Source: Acidobacteriota bacterium (lineage in GTDB: Bacteria; Acidobacteriota; Vicinamibacteria; Vicinamibacterales; SCN-69-37). From it: 47,665 nt of DNA. The DNA lies in assembly GCA_044507065.1 (NCBI GenBank), contig JBIQJY010000015.1, forward strand, positions 14,727 to 62,391, given 5' to 3'. The notes under the pieces are model-generated. The model was not told where the DNA came from. It saw only the letters and a list, made by a program, of their open reading frames with translations, and did not search any database. Below are positions 19,198 to 28,138 of the stretch, one piece after another (positions within the stretch are counted from its first letter, which is position 1; the number at the start of each line of letters is the position of its first letter). The position numbers were made by a program, and so were the translations under genes.

Positions 19198-19710
19198 CTA
19201 CTCGTAGTACTTGCGATACATGCCGCGTCGGAACAGCCAGCCGCCGAGCGGGCCGAGCCAGCCGAGGACGTAGTACATGTGGCCCAGGTCCATCAGTTCG
19301 ATGAGGTTGCCGTCGAAGTCCTTCACGAAGAAGAACGAGTGGCCGCGTGGGGAGCGCTCGGGCGTGGTCACGATTTCCACGCCCTTGCTGACGAGGAAGG
19401 CGTGCCAGCGCTGCAGGTTCCGGACGTTGAACGAGAAGTGCGTGAGGCCGACGCGATTCCACGGCACATCGGCCGGCGCCTGCTTCGGGTCGAACGCGAA
19501 GATCTCGAGCACGCCTCCGCCGGGAACCCGGATCCATCCGATCTTGCAGGACGGCGCGGGCGCATCCACCCCGAAGAACCCGCGCACGCGCTCGGGCGGC
19601 GTGTCGGCGACACCGACGAGCGGACAGCGGAAGACCTCCCAGTAGAACTTCACCGCGCGGTTGAAGTCCGACACCGTGATGCCGACGTGGCTGAACGATC
19701 GTGCTCTCAT
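19198..19710 (-). CDS. VOC/glyoxalase family protein
   Basis: SHVGITVSD..VKFY, LEIF, THFSF and KDFDGNLIEL metal ligands; ATGA overlap with the GMC stop. Confidence 0.88.
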   Translation of the reverse strand: MRARSFSHVGITVSDFNRAVKFYWEVFRCPLVGVADTPPERVRGFFGVDAPAPSCKIGWIRVPGGGVLEIFAFDPKQAPADVPWNRVGLTHFSFNVRNLQRWHAFLVSKGVEIVTTPERSPRGHSFFFVKDFDGNLIELMDLGHMYYVLGWLGPLGGWLFRRGMYRKYYE

Positions 19711-21254
19711 GACAGGTCCGTCTCGATGATGTGGTCGGCCACGCGCAGCGCCTGGGCGACAATCGTCAGGCCCGGGTTGACCGCGCCCGACGACGGGAAG
19801 AACGATCCGTCGACGACGAAGAGATTGTCCACGTCGTGCGCGCGGCAGAACGGGTCGAGCACCGACGTCCGGGAATCGGTGCCGAACCGGAGCGTGCCGC
19901 ACTGGTGCGTCGTGTTCCGCACACCGGCCGAGTGCGCGAACACGCGTGGCGACCAGTAGCCCAGCCGGCCGAGCAGACGGCGCAGCTCGTCGACGAGTCG
20001 TTCGTGCGCCGCAACGTTGGTCGGTCGATAGATCAGCTGGATGCCACCTTCCGGCGTGAGTCTGACACGATTGTCCGGCTGCGGCAGGTCCTCGGTCATC
20101 GCCAGCCAGTCGTTCGCCCGCGCCACCCACGCGCGGTAGGCCCACAGGGGAATGTGTCGCATTTCCAGGAACTTGTAGCGCCAGGTGTCGCCCACGCCCT
20201 TGGCCATGGTGGCATCGGTGCGTCCCTGCGACTGGATCTGCCCGAGCGGGTAGGGCGTGTCCGGGCCCCTCAGGTAGAAGTCGTTGATGGCCAGCGTCTT
20301 CTGGAACTCGTCGTCGTTGCGTCGCCACGACACGCCCTGCAGCATCGTTGCGAGGTGCGCCATGTAGTGGCGGCCGACCAGGCCGGACGAATTCGCGAGG
20401 CCGTCGGGATGGCGATCGCCGGCCGATCGCAGCAGCAGGGCAGCCGAGTTGACGGCCCCGCACGAGACGATGACGAGCGGCGCGCGCACGGATACGACGG
20501 CGCCGTCGCGATCGAACTCGACGTGTTCGACCCGTCGGCCCGATCCGCACGTCACGAGGCGGCGCGCCAGGGCGTTGTGCCAGATCGTGACGTTCGTGTG
20601 CTCGAGTGCGCGGTTCACGCCGCACACCTCCGCGTCACTCTTGCGGTGGATGCGGCAGGGGAACGAGTTGCACGTCCGGCACAGCAGGCAGCCGCCCGGC
20701 AGGCCGGGATCGATGAGGCCGAGCGGCAGCGGCGCGGGATGCAGCCCGAAGCCGCGCAGCCGGTCGCTGAGGCGCGCCATGGCCGGTGCGTGCGGCACGG
20801 GCGGGTGGGGAAACTCGCCGCGCGGCGGCTCGGTCGGATCGCCGGCAGCGTCGCCATGCACGTGATAGAGCTGCTCGGCACGGTCGTAGTAGGGTGCCAG
20901 CGTCTCGTAGCTGATGGGCCAGGCCGGTGACACGCCGTCGGCCAGCTCGAGTTCGCCGAAGTCCTCGCGGCGCAGCCGATAGAGCACGGCGCCCCAGAAC
21001 TTCGTGTTGCCGCCCACGTTGTAGTGCATCGTCGGCGTGAACGGGCGCCCCTCGTGATCGAGCCACTGCTCCCGCGTGCGATAGCGCAGGTCGTTCCAGA
21101 CAGCCCGCGGATTCCAGTTCTCGGGTTCCTGCGGCACGGGCGTGCCGCGTTCCGCCACCAGAATCCGCGCACCGGTGCCGGCCAGTGCGGCGGCCATCGT
21201 GCCACCGCCCGCGCCGGTGCCGATGATGACAACGTCGAAGTCGGCCGTCTTCAT
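19707..21254 (-). CDS. GMC family FAD oxidoreductase
   Basis: IGTGAGG, VGGNTKFWGA, WPISY, CLLCRTCNSFPC, ANSSGLVGR, HQCGT and FFPSSGAVNP. Confidence 0.92.
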   Translation of the reverse strand: MKTADFDVVIIGTGAGGGTMAAALAGTGARILVAERGTPVPQEPENWNPRAVWNDLRYRTREQWLDHEGRPFTPTMHYNVGGNTKFWGAVLYRLRREDFGELELADGVSPAWPISYETLAPYYDRAEQLYHVHGDAAGDPTEPPRGEFPHPPVPHAPAMARLSDRLRGFGLHPAPLPLGLIDPGLPGGCLLCRTCNSFPCRIHRKSDAEVCGVNRALEHTNVTIWHNALARRLVTCGSGRRVEHVEFDRDGAVVSVRAPLVIVSCGAVNSAALLLRSAGDRHPDGLANSSGLVGRHYMAHLATMLQGVSWRRNDDEFQKTLAINDFYLRGPDTPYPLGQIQSQGRTDATMAKGVGDTWRYKFLEMRHIPLWAYRAWVARANDWLAMTEDLPQPDNRVRLTPEGGIQLIYRPTNVAAHERLVDELRRLLGRLGYWSPRVFAHSAGVRNTTHQCGTLRFGTDSRTSVLDPFCRAHDVDNLFVVDGSFFPSSGAVNPGLTIVAQALRVADHIIETDLS

Positions 21255-22252
21255 TGCGGCGTGGGGATCCCCCCGAGACCGGCCGTCGCGTAGATCTGAT
21301 CCATCAGGCGCTGGTCATCCATTGCGCGCTCGAGGTTCATGGCCGGCACGCTGCCGGTGTGGATCGATCGGGCGAAATCCCGGTACATCGCCTGATAGCC
21401 GCGGATGTCGCGCACGCCGGGAAAGATGAGGCGTGGCCCCCCGACGCCGCGCACCAGGATGAATGCCCCGTTCGACTCGAACGTGATGACGCCCTTGCGG
21501 CCAAACAGCTTCGACAGCCGAAGGCCGCGGAAGAGCGACGGGATTTCGCGCGAATAGTACAGGGCGCCGACGGCGCCATTGTCGAAGTGAAACGCCGCCA
21601 TCATGCTCCTGACGCGGCGGTCCGGCCCGTCGCCACGATGGCGCGGCCTGTAGCCGTGCGCCGAGGTGATGACCGGACCGAGGCTGCCGGCGATGTGGAG
21701 CCAGTGGATGCCTTCCTCGAAGAACGCGTCGCCGCCGGCCATCGATTCGTCGTTGCGCCAGTCGTCGGCCTTCTTGGGACGGTTCGCGATGGTCGTGAAG
21801 TGCGCGAAGACGAGGTCGCCAATCAGGTCGCGCGCGAGCAGTCCGCGCAGCGACACCGCCAGGGGCTTGTAGTGGTCGTTCTCGCCGACCAGCACCACAC
21901 GGCCGGCGCGGTCGCGCGCCTCGCGCACCATCTCGTAGTCTGCCAGCGTCGGGAACGCGGGCTTCTCGACGAGCACGTGCTTGCCGGCGGCCAGTGCCCG
22001 CAGGGTCAGGTCGAGGTGGAAGCGCGGCGGTACGGCCACGACCACCGCATCGATGGACGGGTCGTCGATGGCGGCCGCGTAGCCCTCGAATGCGCCGGTG
22101 CCCCGATAGCGCCGGCAGAAGTCGTCGGCCCGCGCCCTGTCGCGACTGGCGTACGCGGACACGACGTCGCCCCCAAGTGCCCGAAGGTGCCGACTGTGTA
22201 CCGAGGTGATGAACCCGCAGCCCAGAAAGGCGATGCGCAGCGGTCGGGCCAA
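21251..22252 (-). CDS. Gfo/Idh/MocA family NAD-dependent oxidoreductase
   Basis: LRIAFLGCGFI, GKHVLVEKP, WR...GGD and EGIH. Start set to TTG 22252, just after the DUF5946 stop. Confidence 0.88.
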   Translation of the reverse strand: MARPLRIAFLGCGFITSVHSRHLRALGGDVVSAYASRDRARADDFCRRYRGTGAFEGYAAAIDDPSIDAVVVAVPPRFHLDLTLRALAAGKHVLVEKPAFPTLADYEMVREARDRAGRVVLVGENDHYKPLAVSLRGLLARDLIGDLVFAHFTTIANRPKKADDWRNDESMAGGDAFFEEGIHWLHIAGSLGPVITSAHGYRPRHRGDGPDRRVRSMMAAFHFDNGAVGALYYSREIPSLFRGLRLSKLFGRKGVITFESNGAFILVRGVGGPRLIFPGVRDIRGYQAMYRDFARSIHTGSVPAMNLERAMDDQRLMDQIYATAGLGGIPTPQ

Positions 22253-22254
22253 GC

Positions 22255-22746
22255 CTAGCGCCCCTGCCCCACCGCCTGCTGCACCCACTCGCGTGCGGGA
22301 AGCTGAAGGGCGGCGTAGGCCATCCACGTCGCCCGGGCCCACCTGTCGATGCCGGACACGAGCAGCTGGGGCTCGGCGAGGCGTGCGAGGCTCGTGACGA
22401 GAATCGAGCCGCGCGCCTCGGGAATGCCGGGCGCCGGGGGAAAGGGTTCGTGCTCCCACTCGGGCCGGCTGGCGAACTGCAGGATCTGGCGGTGCCCCCG
22501 TTCGTTGCCGCCGTGCTCGATGGCCCAGGCGACGCCGCACAGGTGGACGATCAGGTCCTTGTAGGTGGTGCATTGATCGTCAGGGTGCTGCAGCGCGTAG
22601 ACGTCGTGCATCAGGCGCCACGTCTTGAGGCTGTCGGTCCAGGCAAGGGCTCGCACGCGGAGTGAAACGTCGTTGAACGTGTCCTGGCAGACCTGCCGTC
22701 CGGCCGCGAGCCCACAACCAGCACATGGAACCGATGCACTCATCAT
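22255..22746 (-). CDS. DUF5946 family protein
   Basis: N-terminal CAGC, then HDVYALQHP, IVHL and WARATW pattern. Extended -10 TGcTAGAAT lies 9 nt upstream. Confidence 0.7.
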   Translation of the reverse strand: MMSASVPCAGCGLAAGRQVCQDTFNDVSLRVRALAWTDSLKTWRLMHDVYALQHPDDQCTTYKDLIVHLCGVAWAIEHGGNERGHRQILQFASRPEWEHEPFPPAPGIPEARGSILVTSLARLAEPQLLVSGIDRWARATWMAYAALQLPAREWVQQAVGQGR

Positions 22747-22810
22747 GGCCGGCTCATTCTAGCAGGCGGTTGCCCGGTGCGCCGGGGTGACGGCGTGGCG
22801 GACCGGGCCG

Positions 22811-23719
22811 TCAGGCTTCCGCCCGGGCCGTGCGGAAGGCGGGGGCCGACGGGTAGTCGAGCGGCGGCAGGCGCGTGCCCGGCGACGCGAACGTGCCGGG
22901 CGTCATGCCGATGCTGTCGCGGAAGTGCCGGATCAGGTGGCTCTGGTCGAAGAACCCGGCCTCGATGGTCTCGAGCGGCGTCCCCCGACGCAGCCACTCG
23001 CGAATCGTCCGCAGGCGCAACTGGTTCTGGTAGGCATGCGGCGACAGCCCATAGGTGCTCGTGAACACGCGGCTGAGGTGGAATCGCGACAGGCCCGCGA
23101 CGCGCGACAGTTCGTCGAGGCCCACCGGGTCGGCCAGGTGCGCCTCGAGATAGTCGCGCGCCCGTTCGATCGAGCGGCGTGTCGTGCGGGGTGCGTCGTC
23201 GCGGGCCGGCACGCTGGCTTCGGTCAACACCAGCCGCAGGAGTCGGGCCAGCCGCACCTGGCGCTCGAGCAGGCTGGCGACATCGGATGCGGCCGATTCG
23301 TAGAAGCGCGAGAACGCGTCGTAGAGCGACGGCCGGCTGATGAGCGTCTCGGGAAACCGCACCCGGCCGAGTCCCAGTTCGACGGCGGCCGCCTCCATCA
23401 CCTCGGGCGCCACGCGCAGCATGCAGTAGCGGATTGGCGAGTACACGCGCGTGGACATGTGCACTTCGCCCGGCTCCTCGATCCCGATGGATCCGGCGCG
23501 ATAGACGTAGTCGCGTCCGCGGTAGCGCCAGCGGCTCAGGACCACGTCGGCATTGCCCGAGTACGGCACGAGGCACAGGGCATAGGCTTCGTGCAGCATT
23601 CGGCACCGCCGGCCGGTGTTGACGCCGACCGTGATCTCGACGCCCGCCATGCTGTCCGAACGCCAGACAGTCGCGTGAGTATCCGCTGCTGCCCGCGCGG
23701 CGTAGCCGCCTGACCTCAT
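22811..23719 (-). CDS. AraC family transcriptional regulator
   Basis: N-terminal cupin (HEAY, EPGEVH) and C-terminal LDELSRVAGLSRFHLSRVF..GLSPHAY and GFFDQSHLIRHF..GMTPG. Confidence 0.92.
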   Translation of the reverse strand: MRSGGYAARAAADTHATVWRSDSMAGVEITVGVNTGRRCRMLHEAYALCLVPYSGNADVVLSRWRYRGRDYVYRAGSIGIEEPGEVHMSTRVYSPIRYCMLRVAPEVMEAAAVELGLGRVRFPETLISRPSLYDAFSRFYESAASDVASLLERQVRLARLLRLVLTEASVPARDDAPRTTRRSIERARDYLEAHLADPVGLDELSRVAGLSRFHLSRVFTSTYGLSPHAYQNQLRLRTIREWLRRGTPLETIEAGFFDQSHLIRHFRDSIGMTPGTFASPGTRLPPLDYPSAPAFRTARAEA

Positions 23720-23749
23720 GCCACCTCTCCCGGGGAGTAGAAGGGCTGC

Positions 23750-23779
23750 ACTATACCGACCCTATCTGCTGGATTTCAA
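23750..23779 (-). promoter_or_regulatory. sigma70-type promoter of the AraC gene
   Basis: TTGAAA-N18-TATAGT followed by a GGAGAGG SD and ATG 23719. Confidence 0.55.
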
Positions 23780-23898
23780 GCCGGATAGCCCATTTCGGGC
23801 GTGCCAGGCGGCACCGGTCGACAGCGGCGCACGAACGTCCTATCGCCCGTCGCGTGGTTCGGTCACCGTGGCAGGCGGCGGCACGGGAGGACCGCGAG

Positions 23899-24132
23899 AT
23901 GTTCAGAACCATGGCACTGAAGCGTCGCTGCGATCGTTGCAGTTGCCGCGTGGAACTGGGTTTTGCTCCGTGGACCGGCAGTGGACCGGCTGTCTCCGCC
24001 GAATGGACGTGCCCGAAATGCGGCAAGGAGAACCTGGTCCCGGCCATTGGAGCGGTCAACTGGGTCGATCTGCTGCGCGGGGCTCCGGACGACCGGAGCG
24101 GCAGGTCGGGCGGACTACCGCGAGTACACTGA
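23899..24132 (+). CDS. Small zinc-ribbon-like protein (77 aa)
   Basis: SD GGGAGG 8 nt before the ATG; CDRC...CPKCG knuckles; fills an otherwise empty gap. Confidence 0.6.
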   Translation: MFRTMALKRRCDRCSCRVELGFAPWTGSGPAVSAEWTCPKCGKENLVPAIGAVNWVDLLRGAPDDRSGRSGGLPRVH

Positions 24133-24849
24133 CAATTCCTCGACAATCGCGCGTGGTGGCAGCGTGGCCGCCAGCCACACACAGGCCGCCACGTCCTCGG
24201 GCTGCAGCATGCGCGCCCGGACGTCGGCCGGCGGCGGCTCCGGGCGCTTGTCGAGCAGCGGCGTGTTGATGTCGCGTGGAAAAATCGAGCACGCCCGGAT
24301 GCCGTTGGCGCGCTCTTCGGCATTGAGCGACTGCGTCAGGCCCGCGAGACCGAATTTCGACGTCACGTAGGCGACACCAGCCAGGTCGCGCGCGAGCTTG
24401 CCGGCATCCGAATTGATGTTGATGACCGTGCCCGCACCTCGGGTCCGCATCCCGGGCAGGAACGCGCGGACGCAATAGAACGCGCCGTGCAGGTTCGTCG
24501 CCATCACCAGGTGCCAGTCCTCGCGCGAGACCTCGCGGAAATGACGCTGCCGCACGTTGGTGCCGGCGGAGTTGACGAGCACGTCGACATGACCGAAGCG
24601 CGCCAGCACGGCGGCCGACATCGCGTCGACGTCCCCGGCCTGCGACACGTCACACTCGAACGCCGCACAACGCGCCACGGCATCCGGCCCCGCCAGCGCG
24701 ATGGAGGCGTCGAGGGGATCGCGCCGGCGCCCGACGGCCGCCACCTGCCATCCCTCCGCCGCGAACCTCTGCACGACCGATCGTCCCACGCCGCTGCCGG
24801 CGCCGGTCACCACGATGACGCCGGGCGCGGTCCCGGCTGAGTCCGTCAC
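24115..24849 (-). CDS. SDR family oxidoreductase
   Basis: VTGAGSGVG, LVNSAG, YVTSK and LQPEDVA; GTGA overlap with the EF-P-family stop. Confidence 0.92.
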   Translation of the reverse strand: MTDSAGTAPGVIVVTGAGSGVGRSVVQRFAAEGWQVAAVGRRRDPLDASIALAGPDAVARCAAFECDVSQAGDVDAMSAAVLARFGHVDVLVNSAGTNVRQRHFREVSREDWHLVMATNLHGAFYCVRAFLPGMRTRGAGTVININSDAGKLARDLAGVAYVTSKFGLAGLTQSLNAEERANGIRACSIFPRDINTPLLDKRPEPPPADVRARMLQPEDVAACVWLAATLPPRAIVEELSVYSR

Positions 24850-25421
24850 GCGCGGCCGGCGAATTCGCGCGTCTCGGTGTGCACCTTCACGCGTTCGCCT
24901 TCCTTGATGAAGAGCGGCACGCGGATCTCGAGTCCGCTGTCGAGCACCGCCGGCTTGGTCACGCCGCCGCTGGCCGTGTCGCCGCGGACGCCTGGTTCGG
25001 TCGATACGACGGCCATCTCCACATGTGGAGGAAACTGCACCGCGATCGCCGCGCCGTTGTACTTGTCGATCTGCACTTCGAGGTTGTCCGAGAGCAGCAG
25101 CCGATCGTCGCCCAGCGAGTCGGCGCCGATCGTCAGCGTCTCGTAACTTTCGAGGTCCATGAAGTGGTAGCCGAGGCCATCGGCGTACTGGTAGGCCGCC
25201 GCAACGCGCACCAGATCGGGCTCGCCGAACTTCTCGCCGGCCTTGAAGGTCTTGTCGAAGACGGACCGGGTGAGCATGTTGCGCATCTTCAGCCGGACGA
25301 GTGTCTGGCCGCCGCGCGCCGTGGGTTTCGACACTTCGACGTCGAGGCAGTGGTAGGGCGCCCCCTCGAACTCGAAATACATCTTGCGCTTGATCGCGAT
25401 CGCTTCAATCAGACTCGCCAT
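24846..25421 (-). CDS. efpL: Elongation factor P family protein, EfpL/YeiP-type loop
   Basis: Three-domain EF-P fold (FMDLESYE, PGVRGDTA, KPAVLDSG, VPLFI). The tip loop is KPTARGG rather than PGKG. Confidence 0.8.
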   Translation of the reverse strand: MASLIEAIAIKRKMYFEFEGAPYHCLDVEVSKPTARGGQTLVRLKMRNMLTRSVFDKTFKAGEKFGEPDLVRVAAAYQYADGLGYHFMDLESYETLTIGADSLGDDRLLLSDNLEVQIDKYNGAAIAVQFPPHVEMAVVSTEPGVRGDTASGGVTKPAVLDSGLEIRVPLFIKEGERVKVHTETREFAGRA

Positions 25422-25481
25422 TGGAAGCTGGAAGTATATCCAAGCTCCCGCCGGTCGATCACGCGCATCCGACCCCGGGAT

Positions 25482-26468
25482 TCAGCGCCGGCCGAGCACG
25501 ATTTCGAAGGTGCGCCGGTAGGCGACCGGGCTCCCGTCCCGGGTCGCCGGCTGGAAGCGCCAGCGGCTCGTGGCGTCGATCAGTTCCTCGTCGTAGAGGG
25601 GATGCACCGGCCGGACGAGCGATGCCGACGACACGGTCCCATCGCTCGCGACGACGACCTCGAGCACGCCCCGGTATTCCGTCCGCGCCATCACGGCGGG
25701 TGGGTTCCATGCCGGCATCCACCGGCTCACCTCGATGGGGGAGACGACGGCGGGATCGGTGTCCGAATAGATCGGCTCGGGCCCGGCGGGCGCACTGGCG
25801 GCCGGCGGTGCAGGCGTCTCGGCCACCGCGGGCTCCGCAGCGCGTACCGGTGCGGCTGCGGCGGTTGTCGCTGCGGGGGCTGCTGCCGGCGCCGGGGTCG
25901 CCGGCGCCGGGGCGGCGGCTGCGCGCTCCGCCTTGTCCAGTTCGCCCTCGGCCAGGCCGAGGAAGCCTTCGGTCAGCAGCTTGAGGTCGCGCAGGCCCTC
26001 GACGCCCCCGACGAACTCGTCGTCGCCAAGCAGCAGGATGACGTCGCGGAAGGCCCGGGCCGCACGGGCGTACTGACCGCGGTCGTACGCGCTCTTCGCC
26101 TCGCTGTACCTCGCGCGCGCCGTGGCGGGAACCACACGCGCGCGTGCCTCCTGGAACAGGGTGACCAGTCGCGGCGAGACCTCGCCATCGGTCATCGCAT
26201 ATTCCGGATAGTCGACGACGAACCGCTCCATGGTCTGTTCGGCTTCGACCACGCGGGTCAGGCCGAGCAGGCACAAGGCGCGGTACTGCGCCGCATCGAT
26301 CGGGGACACGCCGGCGCCGGCCGCGTCGAGCCGGGCCAGGGCATCTTCATAAGCCGCGAGCGCGTAGAGCTCGCGCACGCGCGTGATTTCGTCCGGGGCC
26401 GAGGCCGACGGGGCCTGCGTCAGGCCCGCCGAGGCCACCACGAACAGCGAGAGGAGGATCGTTGTCAT
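25482..26468 (-). CDS. Exported TPR-repeat + Pro/Ala linker + TonB C-terminal domain protein
   Basis: Signal peptide MTTILLSLFVVASA, TPR-like helices (LYALAAYEDAL, YRALCLLGL, AYDRGQYARA) and TonB_C (GVLEVVVASDGTV, YDEELIDATSRWRFQPATRDGSPV). ATGA-coupled to the PEGA gene. Confidence 0.8.
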   Translation of the reverse strand: MTTILLSLFVVASAGLTQAPSASAPDEITRVRELYALAAYEDALARLDAAGAGVSPIDAAQYRALCLLGLTRVVEAEQTMERFVVDYPEYAMTDGEVSPRLVTLFQEARARVVPATARARYSEAKSAYDRGQYARAARAFRDVILLLGDDEFVGGVEGLRDLKLLTEGFLGLAEGELDKAERAAAAPAPATPAPAAAPAATTAAAAPVRAAEPAVAETPAPPAASAPAGPEPIYSDTDPAVVSPIEVSRWMPAWNPPAVMARTEYRGVLEVVVASDGTVSSASLVRPVHPLYDEELIDATSRWRFQPATRDGSPVAYRRTFEIVLGRR

Positions 26469-27598
26469 GGTTTGAAGTCCACACCTGCACGGGTGATGGT
26501 GCCGCTCGTGATGCGCACGGTCTGGCGGCGCTCGCCGAACTGCGGGTGGCGCCACACCACCTCGTGTTCGCCGATGGCGACCGATACGCGGCCGAGCGGC
26601 GTCTGTCCAATGGGATTGCCGTCGAGCCAGACGTCGGCCCATGGAACGGCGTTGACCGCCAGCGTGCCGGTCGGCAGATCGACGGCCACATCGGCTGTGC
26701 GCGCGCCGAGCACACGAACCGACGCCGTTGTCGTGAACTGGTAGTCGGCCGACGACAGCTGGAGTTCATAGGTGCCGACAGGCAGCGCGATGCGTTCGCC
26801 CGATGTCCCAATCACGCGCCCTCCGTGCGAGACCTGCAGCTGGAGGGGCGAGTTGATCGAGACCCAGCCGTTGGCCGAGGCCGCGCGGCTCATCGTGGCC
26901 GCGACGTTCACGGTGGCGCCCGCGACAACGTCGACGGTGCGATTGACGGTCATCGTCCCGTCGGCAAGCGTCACGCGGTACTGGCCGGCGGGCACCGCGG
27001 CCAGCACGAGCGGCGTCTTGCCCCGTGCGACGCCGTTGACGGTGATCTCGGCGCCGGCCGGATCGGTCGTGATCTCGAGCCGGCCCGACGTGGCGAGGCT
27101 CGGCGACAGATCGGCAAAGGGTTCAACCGTCGTGTTCGATTCGATCGCGAGCGGCAGGACGCGGCTGATGTTGCCACGCCGGAGTTCCAGCGAGTACGAA
27201 CCGGGCGCCATCGACAGCCGCAGCGGCGTGGTGCCCCGCAGTTCGCCGTCGATGCTGACCGAGGCGCCCTCGGGGAACGACGTGATCGACGCCGTTCCCA
27301 GCGCGGGCGTGTCCGACGGGGCAGCGGCCGCCGGCGTCGGCGGGGCCGGGACTTCAGCAATCACCGGTGCGGTGCCGGCGCGAAACCATGCAATTCCGGG
27401 CACGGCCACCACGGCCAGGGCCAGCAGTCCGACGAGCACCGGCATCCGCCGGGATTGGCGCGCCTTGCGCGGCGGCGGCATGAAGGGCAACGCGCCCGGG
27501 TCGACCCCGCGACGCCCGACCGCAGTGGGTTTGTCCTGGCCGGTCCGATCGGAGCGGCCGCTGTTCGACAACGAATAGGGATCAGAAGGTGACGCCAT
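26465..27598 (-). CDS. Membrane-anchored multi-PEGA domain protein
   Basis: One TM segment, then repeats SFPEGASVSIDG..GTTP, TDPAGAEITVNG..GKTP and VPWADVWLDG..GQTP, ending WRHPQFGE. Start set to ATG 27598, downstream of the sigma54-like site. Confidence 0.88.
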   Translation of the reverse strand: MASPSDPYSLSNSGRSDRTGQDKPTAVGRRGVDPGALPFMPPPRKARQSRRMPVLVGLLALAVVAVPGIAWFRAGTAPVIAEVPAPPTPAAAAPSDTPALGTASITSFPEGASVSIDGELRGTTPLRLSMAPGSYSLELRRGNISRVLPLAIESNTTVEPFADLSPSLATSGRLEITTDPAGAEITVNGVARGKTPLVLAAVPAGQYRVTLADGTMTVNRTVDVVAGATVNVAATMSRAASANGWVSINSPLQLQVSHGGRVIGTSGERIALPVGTYELQLSSADYQFTTTASVRVLGARTADVAVDLPTGTLAVNAVPWADVWLDGNPIGQTPLGRVSVAIGEHEVVWRHPQFGERRQTVRITSGTITRAGVDFKP

Positions 27599-27624
27599 GG
27601 CAGGATCCAGCCGTGTCGCCATAA

Positions 27625-27640
27625 CGCAAAGACCGCGCCA
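27625..27640 (-). promoter_or_regulatory. sigma54 promoter candidate
   Basis: TGGCGCGGTCTTTGCG (GG-N10-GC), 26 nt upstream of the PEGA ATG. Confidence 0.6.
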
Positions 27641-27716
27641 TGCCTCTGTCGGTCGATCCCTCCCGCAACGGCGGCGCGGGCTTACACCTTCAGCGGTGGG
27701 TACACATTCCTGAAAG

Positions 27717-28058
27717 TCAGCCGGTCGGTTCGTCCGGACTGCCGTTGGGCACGTCCTTGTTGCCAAGCCGGGTCAGCACCGCGCGCGCCGCCGCACCGAC
27801 CTCGTCCTCGAAGACGAGGGCCGACAGGTACTCGGGCGGGGCCGAGAGATCCGACGCGCGATGCGCGTGCAGGCAGCGCAGGGCGAAGTGGCCTGAAAAA
27901 CTGCCATCCGGCGTGAAAAGGTGGATGCGCGTCGTGGTGCCCACGTCGAGCGGGTCGGCCGATCGCACCAGGACACCGCCGCTGCAGCAGTCGACGACCG
28001 TCAGTTCCGGACCGTTTTCGATCGAGGCGCGCAGGTTGATGATGCGTTCGGGGGACAT
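27717..28058 (-). CDS. PilZ-like domain protein (113 aa)
   Basis: VVDCCSGGVLVRS..L..G resembles the PilZ DxSxxG strand; terminal Y..ALVF strand. Confidence 0.55.
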   Translation of the reverse strand: MSPERIINLRASIENGPELTVVDCCSGGVLVRSADPLDVGTTTRIHLFTPDGSFSGHFALRCLHAHRASDLSAPPEYLSALVFEDEVGAAARAVLTRLGNKDVPNGSPDEPTG

Positions 28059-28138
28059 GGACGGTGGCGGGCAACCGCCTTCACAGTGCCGCGCTCGACG
28101 GGGCCATCGATAGGACGTTCGTGCTTCGTCCGCCCCTG

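Noticed and set aside
23790-23806. sigma54 promoter from TGGCACG on the minus strand upstream of AraC
   Set aside because: There is no GC at the -12 position, and a sigma70-type promoter explains the gene better.
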